The notes under the pieces are model-generated. The model was given only the letters and a program-made list of their open reading frames with translations, was not told the origin of the DNA and ran no database searches. Positions 1-9,574 of a stretch of 64,000 bases of DNA are shown here, one piece after another. Position numbers and translations under genes: made by a program. Source of the stretch: a bacterium (GTDB taxonomy: Bacteria > Bacillota > Clostridia > Oscillospirales > CAG-382); assembly GCA_963661975.1 (NCBI GenBank), contig CAVLDN010000002.1, positions 69,674 through 133,673 on the forward strand, read 5' to 3'. Each line of letters begins with the position of its first letter. Position 1 is the stretch's first letter.

Positions 1-121
1 CGAACGGCAACTCTCTGAAAGCCGGTGAACGCGGACCCCTTGTCCTTGTCAAAGCCTTTATTGTCTTTAATATACCACCGATTTCTGCGTTTGTCAACGG
101 TGTTTTTCGCCGCTTTTCGGC

Positions 122-150
122 TTTACAACGGCAGGTGTATGGTGTATAAT
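122..150 (+). promoter_or_regulatory. sigma70-like promoter upstream of maf
   Basis: TTTACA (122-127), 17-nt spacer, TATAAT (145-150). GAGGTG Shine-Dalgarno at 161-166 precedes ATG 173. Confidence 0.5.
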
Positions 151-172
151 GCCCAAAAAAGAGGTGAAACCG

Positions 173-769
173 ATGCAGAATAAACTTATACTCGCTTCCT
201 CCTCCCCGCGTCGGCGCGAAATTCTTTCGCTTGCTGGGTATTCCTTTGATGTTGTTTCGTCATCGGCAGAGGAAATATCACCCGGCGTGCTTCCGCCGGA
301 GGAAGCAGTCGTGAAAAACGCGCTCGCAAAGGCGGCGGATATCGCTTCCCGCCCCGAAAACCGCGGAAAAACCGTGATAGGCGCCGATACGCTCGTGTTT
401 TCCGCCGGGAAAACGCTCGGCAAGCCGCGCGATGAAGCCGAAGCGGCGGAAATGCTTTTTGCTCTTTCGGGCAAAACGCACACCGTGTTTACCGGGTATG
501 CCGTCATTACCGGCGGCAAAACCGAAAGCGGATATTGCCGCACCGATGTTAAGTTTCGTGAGCTGACACGCGCCGAGATCGAACGCTATATCCGCACGGG
601 TGAACCTATGGACAAGGCGGGTGCATACGGCATCCAGGGCTACGGCTGCGTGCTTGTGGAATCGCTTTGCGGAGATTATTTCAATGTGATGGGGCTGCCC
701 GTATCAATGCTTTACGAAATTCTTGCAAACAGGGGAATATTACCGCTTTGCGACAGCAGCGCCGATTGA
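173..769 (+). CDS. maf: Maf-like nucleotide pyrophosphatase (septum formation protein Maf)
   Basis: ORF 149..769 with the N-terminal LILASSSPRRREIL signature and GAYGIQG motif. Start moved to ATG 173 because it follows the SD and lies downstream of the -10 box. Confidence 0.9.
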   Translation: MQNKLILASSSPRRREILSLAGYSFDVVSSSAEEISPGVLPPEEAVVKNALAKAADIASRPENRGKTVIGADTLVFSAGKTLGKPRDEAEAAEMLFALSGKTHTVFTGYAVITGGKTESGYCRTDVKFRELTRAEIERYIRTGEPMDKAGAYGIQGYGCVLVESLCGDYFNVMGLPVSMLYEILANRGILPLCDSSAD

Positions 770-788
770 TTAAAATGCTTAAAAGCAC

Positions 789-817
789 TTGACATTGCAG
801 GCGTGTATTTGTATAAT
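789..817 (+). promoter_or_regulatory. consensus sigma70 promoter
   Basis: TTGACA (789-794), 17-nt spacer, TATAAT (812-817). AAAGGAG SD lies upstream of ATG 852. Confidence 0.65.
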
Positions 818-851
818 ACATATATAAAAACCCCTAAAAGGAGAAATTGAA

Positions 852-3800
852 ATGAAGCTTGCAAAAAGAATCATTGCCACAATACTCACGGCAATGATGC
901 TCGCTACCTGCTTTACCTGCTTTGTCAATGCGGAAGCAACCTTTGAGCTGCGCAAGACAGGCGAAAAGCAGATGATCGATGAAAACATAGGTTATACCGA
1001 TTGCGAAATCGACAGCGGCGTTCAGGAACGCACCGAAGTAGGTACGATCCTTGAATTCGATCCGAAGGACGGTTATGTCCCCATGGTATTTTCCGGCAGG
1101 GCCGGCTTTGCCGCCACCCTCGCGGAACAGTACAGAATAGCGACCGAGGATTTCGGCTATGAAGTAGCCGGCGTTGTCAACGGCGCATTCTTCTCCATGG
1201 ACGGCGGCAAAAATCCCCACGGTAACTACGGCTGGCTCAACGGCTTTGTGGTTTCCAACGGCGAAGTCGCTTCCGCACATGCCGGTATAGGCGAATCCGT
1301 TGTTGCCTTTGACGCCGACGGCGCGATGCACATCGTGAACAGCTCGCCCGAATACAAGCTCTTCATCAATGGCGAGGAGATCCGCAACGCCATTTATGCC
1401 ATCAACAAGACCGGCGGCTTCCTTAACGATGCCAACGGCGTTTCCAACTGGCAGAACAACTTCTATTACTTCGACAAATACTGCGGCGATTCCGCTCTTA
1501 CCTTTGAAAACTGCAAGGGCTATGAGGTCGTCTGCAAGAAGCTCGATAACACCGGCCTTATCATCGGCGGCACCCTTAAAGGTCAGGTCGTCGAGGTTCG
1601 TGCCGATTCGTACAGCACCGATGTCGAATGGAAGCAGGGCAACCCCACCAGCACCGCAAAAATGACCACCGTGCACGAGCTTGCCGACGATGAATTCGTT
1701 CTCTTCGTAAGAAGCGATTCCCCCAAGGCTGCTTATGTCAAGGATCTCGTTGCGGGCGATTCCGTCAACATCACCTGCGATGAATCCATCGAAGGCTCCC
1801 GCTCCGTTACCGAAAACGCAAACAGCATAATCTCCAATGTCGGCTGGCTTGTTAAGGACGGCGTGGACCAGACTCTTATTCAGGATACCATCGGCTCCCA
1901 CGGCACCACCACCACATGGGCTCGTTGGACCGCGTTCGGCACCAAACCGGACGGCTCCTATGTGTTCTTCACCACACAGGGCGGCACCACGGGCGATTCC
2001 AAGCGCTCCGTAACGCTCCGCGACGTTGCAGCGGCCATGATCGAACTCGGCTGCAACAATGTTATCCGTATGGATGGCGGCGGAAGCACCGCAATGTATG
2101 TTTCCAACCTTGATGAAACCGGCGAACCCGGCTTTGCTCTTGTGACCGACAACCGCAATGTTGCGGACTGCATACTTATCGTGAAGCAGAACGGCGCACG
2201 CGACACCGCGCTTGAAGACGCTCTCCGCGAAGCCGTTGCCGATGCAAAGGTCAAGATTGCCGAAAATCCCAACGCAGCCGTTCAGGCAGTTATCGATGAA
2301 GCCGAAGAACTTCTTGCCGGCGAACCGATTTCCGGTGAAGTCCGCAGAGTTCTGCAGAAGCTTGCTTCCGCGCTTTCCGGCAAGGAAGACCTCCAGAAGC
2401 TTATCGCAAGCGTTTCCGGCATCAACTTCCGCACTTACAGCGAACTCGCTCTCGAATCGCTCCGCACCGCTTATGACGATGCTGTTGCGGTTCTCGGCGA
2501 TGAGAAAGCCACACTCGAACAGATCAACAGCGTATATGGCGAACTCAAGACCTGGTATGAAATGACCGGCGATGCCGAGAAGATCTATACCAAGAACAAA
2601 TCTTACACCACCACCGCGCCCGGCAGAGGTGATAATTTCGATGATGATTGTGTCCGTCTTACCGACGGCGCAAAAGGCAGCCCGGACGGCGGCACGGCAA
2701 AGTATGCCGGCTGGACAGCCGAATATGCCGAAGTGATCGTCGATCTCGGCGAATCGCTCGAAACGAATCTCTACCGCGTATATTCCGCCTGCGGCACCTG
2801 GGGCATCAATATGTCCAAGGGCATCCGTGCGTTTGTTTCCGAGGACGGCGAAAACTTCACCGATCTCGGTGAAGTCACCACCGGTGTGCTTCAGAGCGGC
2901 GACGAAAGCGTTGAAGACGAATGGCGCACCTACACCTTCACGCTCGAAACCGAAAAAATGAACAAGGGCAGATATGTCAAGTTCTATATTTACTGCCCGT
3001 CGTTCGGCCCGAAGTTCGTTTGGATCGACGAAGTCGAAGCGGGAGTTTCCGGTGATGTTATTCAGGACGGCATTTCCGTTACCAATTTCGACGCCAAGAT
3101 AGGCGACGGCGATGTTGCGGTCTTCACACCTGACATGGGCGAGATCACCGTTGATAAAGCAAACCACGCATGGACCAACAACGTCCTTGTGAAGTGGGAT
3201 GAAGACAAGCAGGCATATGTCGTCACCAAGAAAACCCAAGGCATCGGCTCGAACACCGCTGCAGTTACGCTCGGCGAAGGCGAATATCTCATAGCTATTC
3301 ACCATTCTGTCAAGAGTACCGAAGACAGCGAAGCAAACTATTCCGCCGGCCAGAAGATCAAGGTCGGTCAGATACTCGAACAGCACGGTATGGATATCGC
3401 TGCGAAGAAGATCGGTGTCGGCGCTTATATCAAATTCGTCAATGCGTTCACCCCGCTCGAACCCAAGGATGATTCCGGCTACACTGCGGAAGACGGCTTT
3501 GTTACCGGCGTTAAGGTCGGCACAAAACTTTCCGATCTCCGCATGAAGTTCAATGTAAGCAATTTCACCGTTGTCGATGCAAAGGGCAACACGGTTGCCG
3601 ATACCGCTGTCATCGCCACCGGCATGAAGCTCGTAAACGGCGAGGAAGAATATGTACTCGTTGCCAAGGGCGATGTCGACGGCAACGGCAAGATCGACGC
3701 AATCGACTACCTCTATTCGAAGCGCGCATATCTCGGCACCTACGATCTTTCCGACGCGGGCAAAAAAGCCGCGGCAATGAAGGACGGTTCCGCTATTTCG

Positions 3801-3857
3801 CTCGAAGACCTTATCCGTCTGAAGAGACACATTCTCGGTACCGAATATATCAAATAA
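852..3857 (+). CDS. secreted multidomain protein: phosphodiester glycosidase-like (NAGPA/DUF2233) domain, F5/8 type C-like domain, C-terminal dockerin
   Basis: 1001-aa ORF with a signal peptide (MKLAKRIIATILTAMMLATCFTCFVNAEA). NGAFFSMDGG and IRMDGGGSTAMYV motifs are typical of NAGPA-type domains. The C-terminus carries GDVDGNGKIDAIDYLYSKRAYLG plus a second degenerate dockerin repeat. Confidence 0.8.
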   Translation: MKLAKRIIATILTAMMLATCFTCFVNAEATFELRKTGEKQMIDENIGYTDCEIDSGVQERTEVGTILEFDPKDGYVPMVFSGRAGFAATLAEQYRIATEDFGYEVAGVVNGAFFSMDGGKNPHGNYGWLNGFVVSNGEVASAHAGIGESVVAFDADGAMHIVNSSPEYKLFINGEEIRNAIYAINKTGGFLNDANGVSNWQNNFYYFDKYCGDSALTFENCKGYEVVCKKLDNTGLIIGGTLKGQVVEVRADSYSTDVEWKQGNPTSTAKMTTVHELADDEFVLFVRSDSPKAAYVKDLVAGDSVNITCDESIEGSRSVTENANSIISNVGWLVKDGVDQTLIQDTIGSHGTTTTWARWTAFGTKPDGSYVFFTTQGGTTGDSKRSVTLRDVAAAMIELGCNNVIRMDGGGSTAMYVSNLDETGEPGFALVTDNRNVADCILIVKQNGARDTALEDALREAVADAKVKIAENPNAAVQAVIDEAEELLAGEPISGEVRRVLQKLASALSGKEDLQKLIASVSGINFRTYSELALESLRTAYDDAVAVLGDEKATLEQINSVYGELKTWYEMTGDAEKIYTKNKSYTTTAPGRGDNFDDDCVRLTDGAKGSPDGGTAKYAGWTAEYAEVIVDLGESLETNLYRVYSACGTWGINMSKGIRAFVSEDGENFTDLGEVTTGVLQSGDESVEDEWRTYTFTLETEKMNKGRYVKFYIYCPSFGPKFVWIDEVEAGVSGDVIQDGISVTNFDAKIGDGDVAVFTPDMGEITVDKANHAWTNNVLVKWDEDKQAYVVTKKTQGIGSNTAAVTLGEGEYLIAIHHSVKSTEDSEANYSAGQKIKVGQILEQHGMDIAAKKIGVGAYIKFVNAFTPLEPKDDSGYTAEDGFVTGVKVGTKLSDLRMKFNVSNFTVVDAKGNTVADTAVIATGMKLVNGEEEYVLVAKGDVDGNGKIDAIDYLYSKRAYLGTYDLSDAGKKAAAMKDGSAISLEDLIRLKRHILGTEYIK

Positions 3858-3866
3858 TCCGATCCG

Positions 3867-3920
3867 AAAAACAAAGGCTGCGGGCAAGTTGTAAGCTTGC
3901 CCGCAGCCGTCTTTTGTTTT
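3867..3920. terminator. bidirectional intrinsic terminator between convergent genes
   Basis: 13-bp stem ggctgcgggcaag (3876-3888) / cttgcccgcagcc (3896-3908), flanked by an A-run and a T-run. Confidence 0.75.
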
Positions 3921-3933
3921 ATTTGCCCCCGGC

Positions 3934-4554
3934 TTAACCAAAAATGATCCTGCGTATCTCGGAAAAATCCCTTGCTTTGTATTTTGCTTTGGTGTTATTA
4001 TAATCAAGGGCAAGGCAGAGGCAGGAATCGATTCCCGCATTTATGCCGGAACCGATATCTATTTCTCTGTCGCCCACCATTATCGAACGCGCACGGTCTG
4101 CATTGCAGCGTGATATAAGAGCGTTTACGGCGTCCGGTGCGGGTTTTGCGGGGAATCCGTCCCCGGCAAGCACGGCATCGCAAAACAGGGTATCCATCCC
4201 GAAATCATGCAGAAGCCGCATTGCCGATCCGTCGCGGTGGGTGAAAAGCACATTCCTTCCGCCCGCGGAAACGATATCCGCGCACAGCCCGTATGCGCCC
4301 TTGAAGGGCAGGGCAAACTTATTTTCCGCCGCGCGGCGTTCGGCTTCGACCTCCGGCGTGAAATCGGCATCGAGGTCGTATTTGGAAAGATAATCGTAAA
4401 GCTCGCCGAAGGATACCCGCACCGCGCCGTTTATCGCGGCGTAGCTTTCATGTATCCCGCGCTTTTTAAGCGCTTGCAGGAAAACACGGGTTATGATCGG
4501 GTAGGTATCGAAGAGAGTCCCGTCGAAATCCCATATAACAAAATCGTACATCAC
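3934..4554 (-). CDS. HAD-superfamily hydrolase (phosphoglycolate phosphatase-like)
   Basis: 206-aa ORF with the N-terminal WDFDGTLFDT (DxDGT) HAD motif I. Confidence 0.85.
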   Translation of the reverse strand: MMYDFVIWDFDGTLFDTYPIITRVFLQALKKRGIHESYAAINGAVRVSFGELYDYLSKYDLDADFTPEVEAERRAAENKFALPFKGAYGLCADIVSAGGRNVLFTHRDGSAMRLLHDFGMDTLFCDAVLAGDGFPAKPAPDAVNALISRCNADRARSIMVGDREIDIGSGINAGIDSCLCLALDYNNTKAKYKARDFSEIRRIIFG

Positions 4555-4626
4555 AACGCCTCCGTATTTTTCGGATGCGCCATTTTACCACGATTTTCCG
4601 TATTTTTCAATAACCGGAGTCGAAAC

Positions 4627-5535
4627 ATGGAAAGATATTATTCCGCAAACGAATATTACAAAAAACGCTTCGGCAGAAAAATGTTCCGCCTTGCCGTGGA
4701 TTGCGGCTTTACCTGCCCGAACCGAGACGGAACAAAGGGCATCGGCGGCTGCTCGTTCTGCTCGGGTGAAGGGTCGGGCGATTTTGCCGAGCGCGGCACC
4801 GATATTGCCGCCGCTTTGCAGCGTGCGCGGGAGCGTATTTCCGCAAAAACGGCGCATTACCCGGACTGCGGATATATGTGCTATTTCCAGGCGTTCACAA
4901 ACACATACGCGCCTGTCGCCCGCCTTCGGGAGTTGTTTTCCGCCGCAATGGAGGTGGATTATGTTTCGGCGATTATAATCGCCACGCGCCCGGATTGCAT
5001 TGATGAATCCGTTGCGGCGCTGCTTGCCGAACTGAACGCGATAAAGCCGGTCTATACAGAGCTCGGCTTGCAGACGGCAAACGAGGAAACGGCGCGCGCG
5101 TTCGGGCGCGGGTACACGAACGCGGAATTCACCGCCGCCGCGGAGCTGCTGAACGGCTACGGCATCCCGGTGACGGTGCATTTGATCATCGGGCTTCCGG
5201 GCGAGACGGAAGAAGATATCATTTCCACGGTGCGTTTTGTTTCCGCGCATGATATTTTGGGTGTAAAGCTGCAGCTTCTTCACCTGCTGCGCGGCACTCG
5301 GCTTGCCGATGAGGGGTGCGAAACGCTTGAAAAGGAGGAATACTTCCGCCTGCTCGGTATTTGCGTGGAAAATCTTCCGCGCCGTGTTGTGATATTCCGT
5401 CTGACCGGCGACGGCGACCGCAAAAAGCTTATAGCCCCGCTTTGGAGCGCGGATAAGCATTCGGTTCTGAACGGGATAAACCGCTATTTCCGCGAAAACG
5501 GCATATATCAGGGCAGGGCGCTCGAAGGCGAATGA
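4627..5535 (+). CDS. radical SAM protein, TIGR01212-like
   Basis: MERYYSANEYYKKRFG...CGFTCPNRDGTKGIGGCSFC cysteine motif. ORF 4207..5535 trimmed to ATG 4627, because the upstream part is antisense to the HAD gene. Confidence 0.85.
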   Translation: MERYYSANEYYKKRFGRKMFRLAVDCGFTCPNRDGTKGIGGCSFCSGEGSGDFAERGTDIAAALQRARERISAKTAHYPDCGYMCYFQAFTNTYAPVARLRELFSAAMEVDYVSAIIIATRPDCIDESVAALLAELNAIKPVYTELGLQTANEETARAFGRGYTNAEFTAAAELLNGYGIPVTVHLIIGLPGETEEDIISTVRFVSAHDILGVKLQLLHLLRGTRLADEGCETLEKEEYFRLLGICVENLPRRVVIFRLTGDGDRKKLIAPLWSADKHSVLNGINRYFRENGIYQGRALEGE

Positions 5536-5585
5536 TACGGATCGGAAATGCGGAGATAAATGCGGCTTTTGCACGGCGTAATTTC

Positions 5586-5614
5586 TTGACAATCGCGCTT
5601 TGCGGATATATAAT
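5586..5614 (+). promoter_or_regulatory. consensus sigma70 promoter upstream of uppP
   Basis: TTGACA (5586-5591), 17-nt spacer, TATAAT (5609-5614). Confidence 0.6.
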
Positions 5615-5658
5615 AATATGAGTTTGAATATATTCGGATATACGGTTGCTTTGTAGGG

Positions 5659-6513
5659 GTGAGTTGCCTTTTGGGTATTTTGGAAGCGGCAATATACGGA
5701 ATAATCCAGGGTATTGCGGAGTTTCTGCCGATATCGAGCTCCGGGCATCTTGCGCTGACGCATAATTTCTTCGGCACGAATACCGAAAATGCCCTTGCCT
5801 TTGACATAATGCTTCATCTTGCAACGCTTGTTTCGGTTTGCATTGTGTTCCGTAAGGATATAGCTTCGCTTTTTATCGGATTCTTTTCGCTTTTGCGCAG
5901 GCTTTTCACCGGCAGGCTGCGTGCGGAGGGGCTTTCGGCAAATGAAAGGCTGTTTCTTTATGTCTGTGTCGCAACACTGCCGCTTATCCCTGTGAAGCTT
6001 TTGGGGCTTGACGACAGTGTCGAGGCAATATCTCGCTTGAGTTGGCTAATAGGCGTGCTTCTGATAATCAACGGAGCAATGCTTTTTGTAAGCGACCGTA
6101 TTTCCAGCGGGGAAAAGTCACCCGAAAACGGCGGTTGGCTGCGTGCGTTCGGCGTCGGCATAGTGCAGGCGGTTTTCGGGATACTTCCCGGCATATCGCG
6201 CTCCGGCTCGACAATAACCGGCGGGCGCATATTCGGATATACGCGTGAGGAGGCTGTCAGGTTTTCGTTCCTGCTTTCGATTCCCGCCATTCTCGGCGCC
6301 TGTGTGACAAAGCTTCCCGATTTGTTTTCCGCCGGCGCAGGTGCGGAGCTGTATGCTCCGATCGCCGTCGGCTCGGTCACCGCGGCAGTGGTCGGGTTCT
6401 TTGCAATAAAACTTTTGCAGTATCTTTCGGCAAATAAAGGATTTACCTTCTTTGCGGTGTATTGCCCGCTTGTCGGTGCAGCCGCCGTAATCGCAGATAT
6501 TATCGTTCGTTAA
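5659..6513 (+). CDS. uppP: undecaprenyl-diphosphate phosphatase
   Basis: GIIQGIAEFLPISSSGHL and PGISRSGSTI motifs characteristic of UppP/BacA. Polytopic membrane protein. The exact (non-ATG) start is uncertain. Confidence 0.9.
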   Translation: MSCLLGILEAAIYGIIQGIAEFLPISSSGHLALTHNFFGTNTENALAFDIMLHLATLVSVCIVFRKDIASLFIGFFSLLRRLFTGRLRAEGLSANERLFLYVCVATLPLIPVKLLGLDDSVEAISRLSWLIGVLLIINGAMLFVSDRISSGEKSPENGGWLRAFGVGIVQAVFGILPGISRSGSTITGGRIFGYTREEAVRFSFLLSIPAILGACVTKLPDLFSAGAGAELYAPIAVGSVTAAVVGFFAIKLLQYLSANKGFTFFAVYCPLVGAAAVIADIIVR

Positions 6514-6524
6514 GGAGTTAAAAA

Positions 6525-9083
6525 GTGGCTGAAAAAAAAGGAAGAAAAAAGAGCGCAAAGCCCGCGCCTAAAAAAGCGCCGCGCACCGAACAGAATATAA
6601 ATGTCAACCGCGGGGAGATAATCCGCTGGGCGATCGGTTTTCTTGCGGTGTTTATCATACTCACATTTTTCCCCTCGATCAACAGCGGCACCCTCGGCGG
6701 TGCGATAAAGCGGTTTTTGATGGGACTTTTCGGCCCGATGTATTATGTCGTGCCGTTTGTGATACTTATCATAGATATTTTTTGGACACGCGACCACAGC
6801 AAGGGCGTTGCGGGTGTCAAATACCTGCTTTACGCGCTCGATTTCATATTTGTTTCTCTGCTTGTGCATATAGTTGTACGCGGTGAAAACGTTATTTCCT
6901 ACGGCGAACTGTATTCCGCCGGAAAAGCCAACGAAAGCGCAGGCCTTATCGGCGGCGCTGCGGCAAACCTGTGCGTTTCGGCTATCGGCCCCACGGCTTC
7001 CACCGTGCTTGCGATACTCGGCGTGTTTATCTGCACGGTGCTGCTTTTCGGAGCAACCCCGAAGGATACTGCCATGGCGATAATCGGGTACTTCCGCGAT
7101 ATCGGCTCCAAGCTGCGTGCGAGCGACAGTGACGATTACGAAGAAGAACCTGTCGAGACGATACCCGAGCATATCGAAAATACGAAAAAGCGTGAGGATA
7201 TCCGCCCGATCGAGCCTTCGGAGGTCGAAACCCACCCGAAAACTCCGCCGCGGAAGCCGATAACCGTCGAGCTTCCGAACGACCCTGCCGGACTCCCGGA
7301 CGATCCTGCCGATATGCCGCGGGATACGAGCGCGGAGGAAAAGGATGCATTCATAATTCCCGACCTTACCGCTGCGGCAAGGTCGAAGTATTCGCCGAGA
7401 TCGCAGTCTCCCTCACCCGAAGCAACGGTGCAGGAAAAGGCGGACGATGAACCGCCCTTCGATATACCCGCGTCCGCGGAGGAGAAAAAGCCCGAACCGG
7501 CGGCGAATGTCGGTGTGAACGGCGGCACGAATGTTGTCGCGGATGACGAGGAGCTCTTTCTTGAACCCGTGGAGGAAACACCCTATGTTTTCCCGCCGAT
7601 ATCGCTCCTTGCGGAGGATACGGGTAATACCTCCCGCATGACACAGGGGGATGTCGACAGGACAAGCCGCAAACTGGAGGAGGTCCTTGCCAGCTTCAAC
7701 GTGAAGGCGCATGTTATCAATACCGCCTTCGGCCCGACCGTCACCCGCTATGAGCTGCAGCCCGAAACGGGTGTGCGTGTCAAAGCAATTTCCAACCTTG
7801 CGGACGATATAGCGCTGCACCTTGCGGCAAACTCGGTGCGTATCGAAAATATCCCCGGCAAGGCTGCCATCGGTATAGAGATCCCGAACAAGACGGTCTC
7901 TGTCGTGCGGCTGCGCGGTTTAATCGAAAACCCGATATTCACATCGGCGAAAAGCCGTTTGTTTACCGCTTTGGGCGAGGATGTCGCCGGCAACCCGGTG
8001 TACCTTGATATTGCCAAAATGCCTCATCTGCTTATCGCGGGTGCAACGGGCATGGGCAAATCCGTCTGCATAAACAGCCTTATAGTATCGCTTCTTTACC
8101 GCAACCACCCGAACGATGTCAAATTGATACTTATCGATCCGAAGCGTGTCGAATTTGCGGATTATAAAGATATACCGCACCTTCTCGTGCCGGTTATAAA
8201 CGAACCGAAAAACGCCGCGGGCACGCTCAACTGGGCTTGCAGCGAAATGGAAAAGCGCTACACGCTCATACAGGAGGTCGGCGCAAGGGATCTTGACGGC
8301 TACAACAATGCCGTTGCGGACGATCCGGAACGCGAACTCATACCCAAAATCGTAATAATCATCGACGAGCTTGCCGACCTGATGATGACGGCGCCCGACG
8401 ATGTGGAAACCTCTATCTGCCGCCTTGCGCAGAAGGCGCGTGCGGCGGGTATACACCTTGTTATCGGTACACAGCGGCCTTCCGTGGATGTTATCACCGG
8501 TCTTATCAAGGCGAACATCCCCTCGCGCATTGCCTGCACCGTTGCTTCGCAGGTGGACAGCCGCACCATTCTTGATATGACAGGCGCGGAAAAGCTGCTC
8601 GGCAGGGGCGATATGCTTTATTACCCCGTCGGCGCGATGAAGCCGATGCGTGTTCAGGGCGCGTTTGTGGACGGCAAATCCGAGGTTTCCGCCATTACGC
8701 AGTTTATCAAGGAGGCGGCCTCCGCACAGTATGACGAAACCATCATGCAGCAGATCGAGCAGGAAGCAAAGCTTTGCGGCATGAAGGGCAAGAAGGGTGC
8801 CGCCGCCGAAGCGGACGAAGCCGATGACGGCAGGACCGACCCGATGCTCATGGATGCGATAGATGTCGCCATCGAATGCGGAACGGTTTCCACTTCGCTG
8901 CTCCAAAGGCGGCTTTCGCTCGGTTATGCGCGCGCAGCACGTATTATCGACAAAATGGAGCGCAAGGGCTATATCGGTCAGTTTGATGCGGCAACGAAAA
9001 AACGCCAGATACTCATCACTCGGGAGGAATTTTTGGAACTCAAGCTGAACGGTGAGGGAAAGAAGGAGCAAAGCAGTGAATAA
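6525..9083 (+). CDS. ftsK: DNA translocase FtsK/SpoIIIE
   Basis: 852 aa: N-terminal TM segments, Pro/Glu-rich linker, Walker A GATGMGKS, C-terminal winged-helix gamma domain (LLQRRLSLGYARAARIID). Confidence 0.95.
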   Translation: MAEKKGRKKSAKPAPKKAPRTEQNINVNRGEIIRWAIGFLAVFIILTFFPSINSGTLGGAIKRFLMGLFGPMYYVVPFVILIIDIFWTRDHSKGVAGVKYLLYALDFIFVSLLVHIVVRGENVISYGELYSAGKANESAGLIGGAAANLCVSAIGPTASTVLAILGVFICTVLLFGATPKDTAMAIIGYFRDIGSKLRASDSDDYEEEPVETIPEHIENTKKREDIRPIEPSEVETHPKTPPRKPITVELPNDPAGLPDDPADMPRDTSAEEKDAFIIPDLTAAARSKYSPRSQSPSPEATVQEKADDEPPFDIPASAEEKKPEPAANVGVNGGTNVVADDEELFLEPVEETPYVFPPISLLAEDTGNTSRMTQGDVDRTSRKLEEVLASFNVKAHVINTAFGPTVTRYELQPETGVRVKAISNLADDIALHLAANSVRIENIPGKAAIGIEIPNKTVSVVRLRGLIENPIFTSAKSRLFTALGEDVAGNPVYLDIAKMPHLLIAGATGMGKSVCINSLIVSLLYRNHPNDVKLILIDPKRVEFADYKDIPHLLVPVINEPKNAAGTLNWACSEMEKRYTLIQEVGARDLDGYNNAVADDPERELIPKIVIIIDELADLMMTAPDDVETSICRLAQKARAAGIHLVIGTQRPSVDVITGLIKANIPSRIACTVASQVDSRTILDMTGAEKLLGRGDMLYYPVGAMKPMRVQGAFVDGKSEVSAITQFIKEAASAQYDETIMQQIEQEAKLCGMKGKKGAAAEADEADDGRTDPMLMDAIDVAIECGTVSTSLLQRRLSLGYARAARIIDKMERKGYIGQFDAATKKRQILITREEFLELKLNGEGKKEQSSE

Positions 9084-9513
9084 GAAAAGAATTTTCGCCC
9101 TTGCGGCGGCGCTGCTGTCGGTGCTTCTGGTGTTTACGGCCTGCAAAACAAAAAATCCGTACGGACTTGTTTTCGTTTCCGACGGGAGCGAAAATGTTTA
9201 TCTTCTCGGCTCGGACGAAACACGCTCGGTCTATGCTCTGGGCGGTACCGTCAATTGCACGGACGGCGGAAAAATGACCGCACTTTCGCTCAGCCTCGCG
9301 GAGGAAAGCATAACGGCTGCCGAAATTACATCCTCTGCGGCAGAGGATCTTAAAGCCGGACGGATAAGCGCAAATACCTATCCTGACAGCGGAACGGTGG
9401 AATATCTTTACGATACCTTCACACTGATCTGCCTTTCCGGGCAAAACGGCAACATCGATATATGGTTTGTTCCGCCCGGAACAACGGCGGCAATGCTCGG
9501 CAATTATGCGTGA
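9076..9513 (+). CDS. putative lipoprotein, unknown function
   Basis: ORF 9052..9513. GAAGGAG SD (9062-9068) favours GTG 9076. Signal peptide with lipobox LVFTAC. Confidence 0.6.
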   Translation: MNKKRIFALAAALLSVLLVFTACKTKNPYGLVFVSDGSENVYLLGSDETRSVYALGGTVNCTDGGKMTALSLSLAEESITAAEITSSAAEDLKAGRISANTYPDSGTVEYLYDTFTLICLSGQNGNIDIWFVPPGTTAAMLGNYA

Positions 9514-9574
9514 TAAATCTTAAAAAGGCGGGGGCGCTTCGGGTGTTCCCCGCCGAAGACTGTTTATAGGGGGG

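Noticed and set aside
834-4040. 1068-aa minus-strand ORF spanning the whole dockerin-protein gene.
   Set aside because: It is antisense to a gene with a clear signal peptide, domain motifs, consensus promoter and SD. Its translation is low-complexity (G/A/V/F-rich) with no motif and no RBS. This is a typical shadow ORF of GC-rich coding DNA.
4207-4626. 140-aa N-terminal extension of the radical SAM ORF.
   Set aside because: It lies entirely antisense to the HAD hydrolase gene. ATG 4627 (MERYYS...) gives the normal length for this family.
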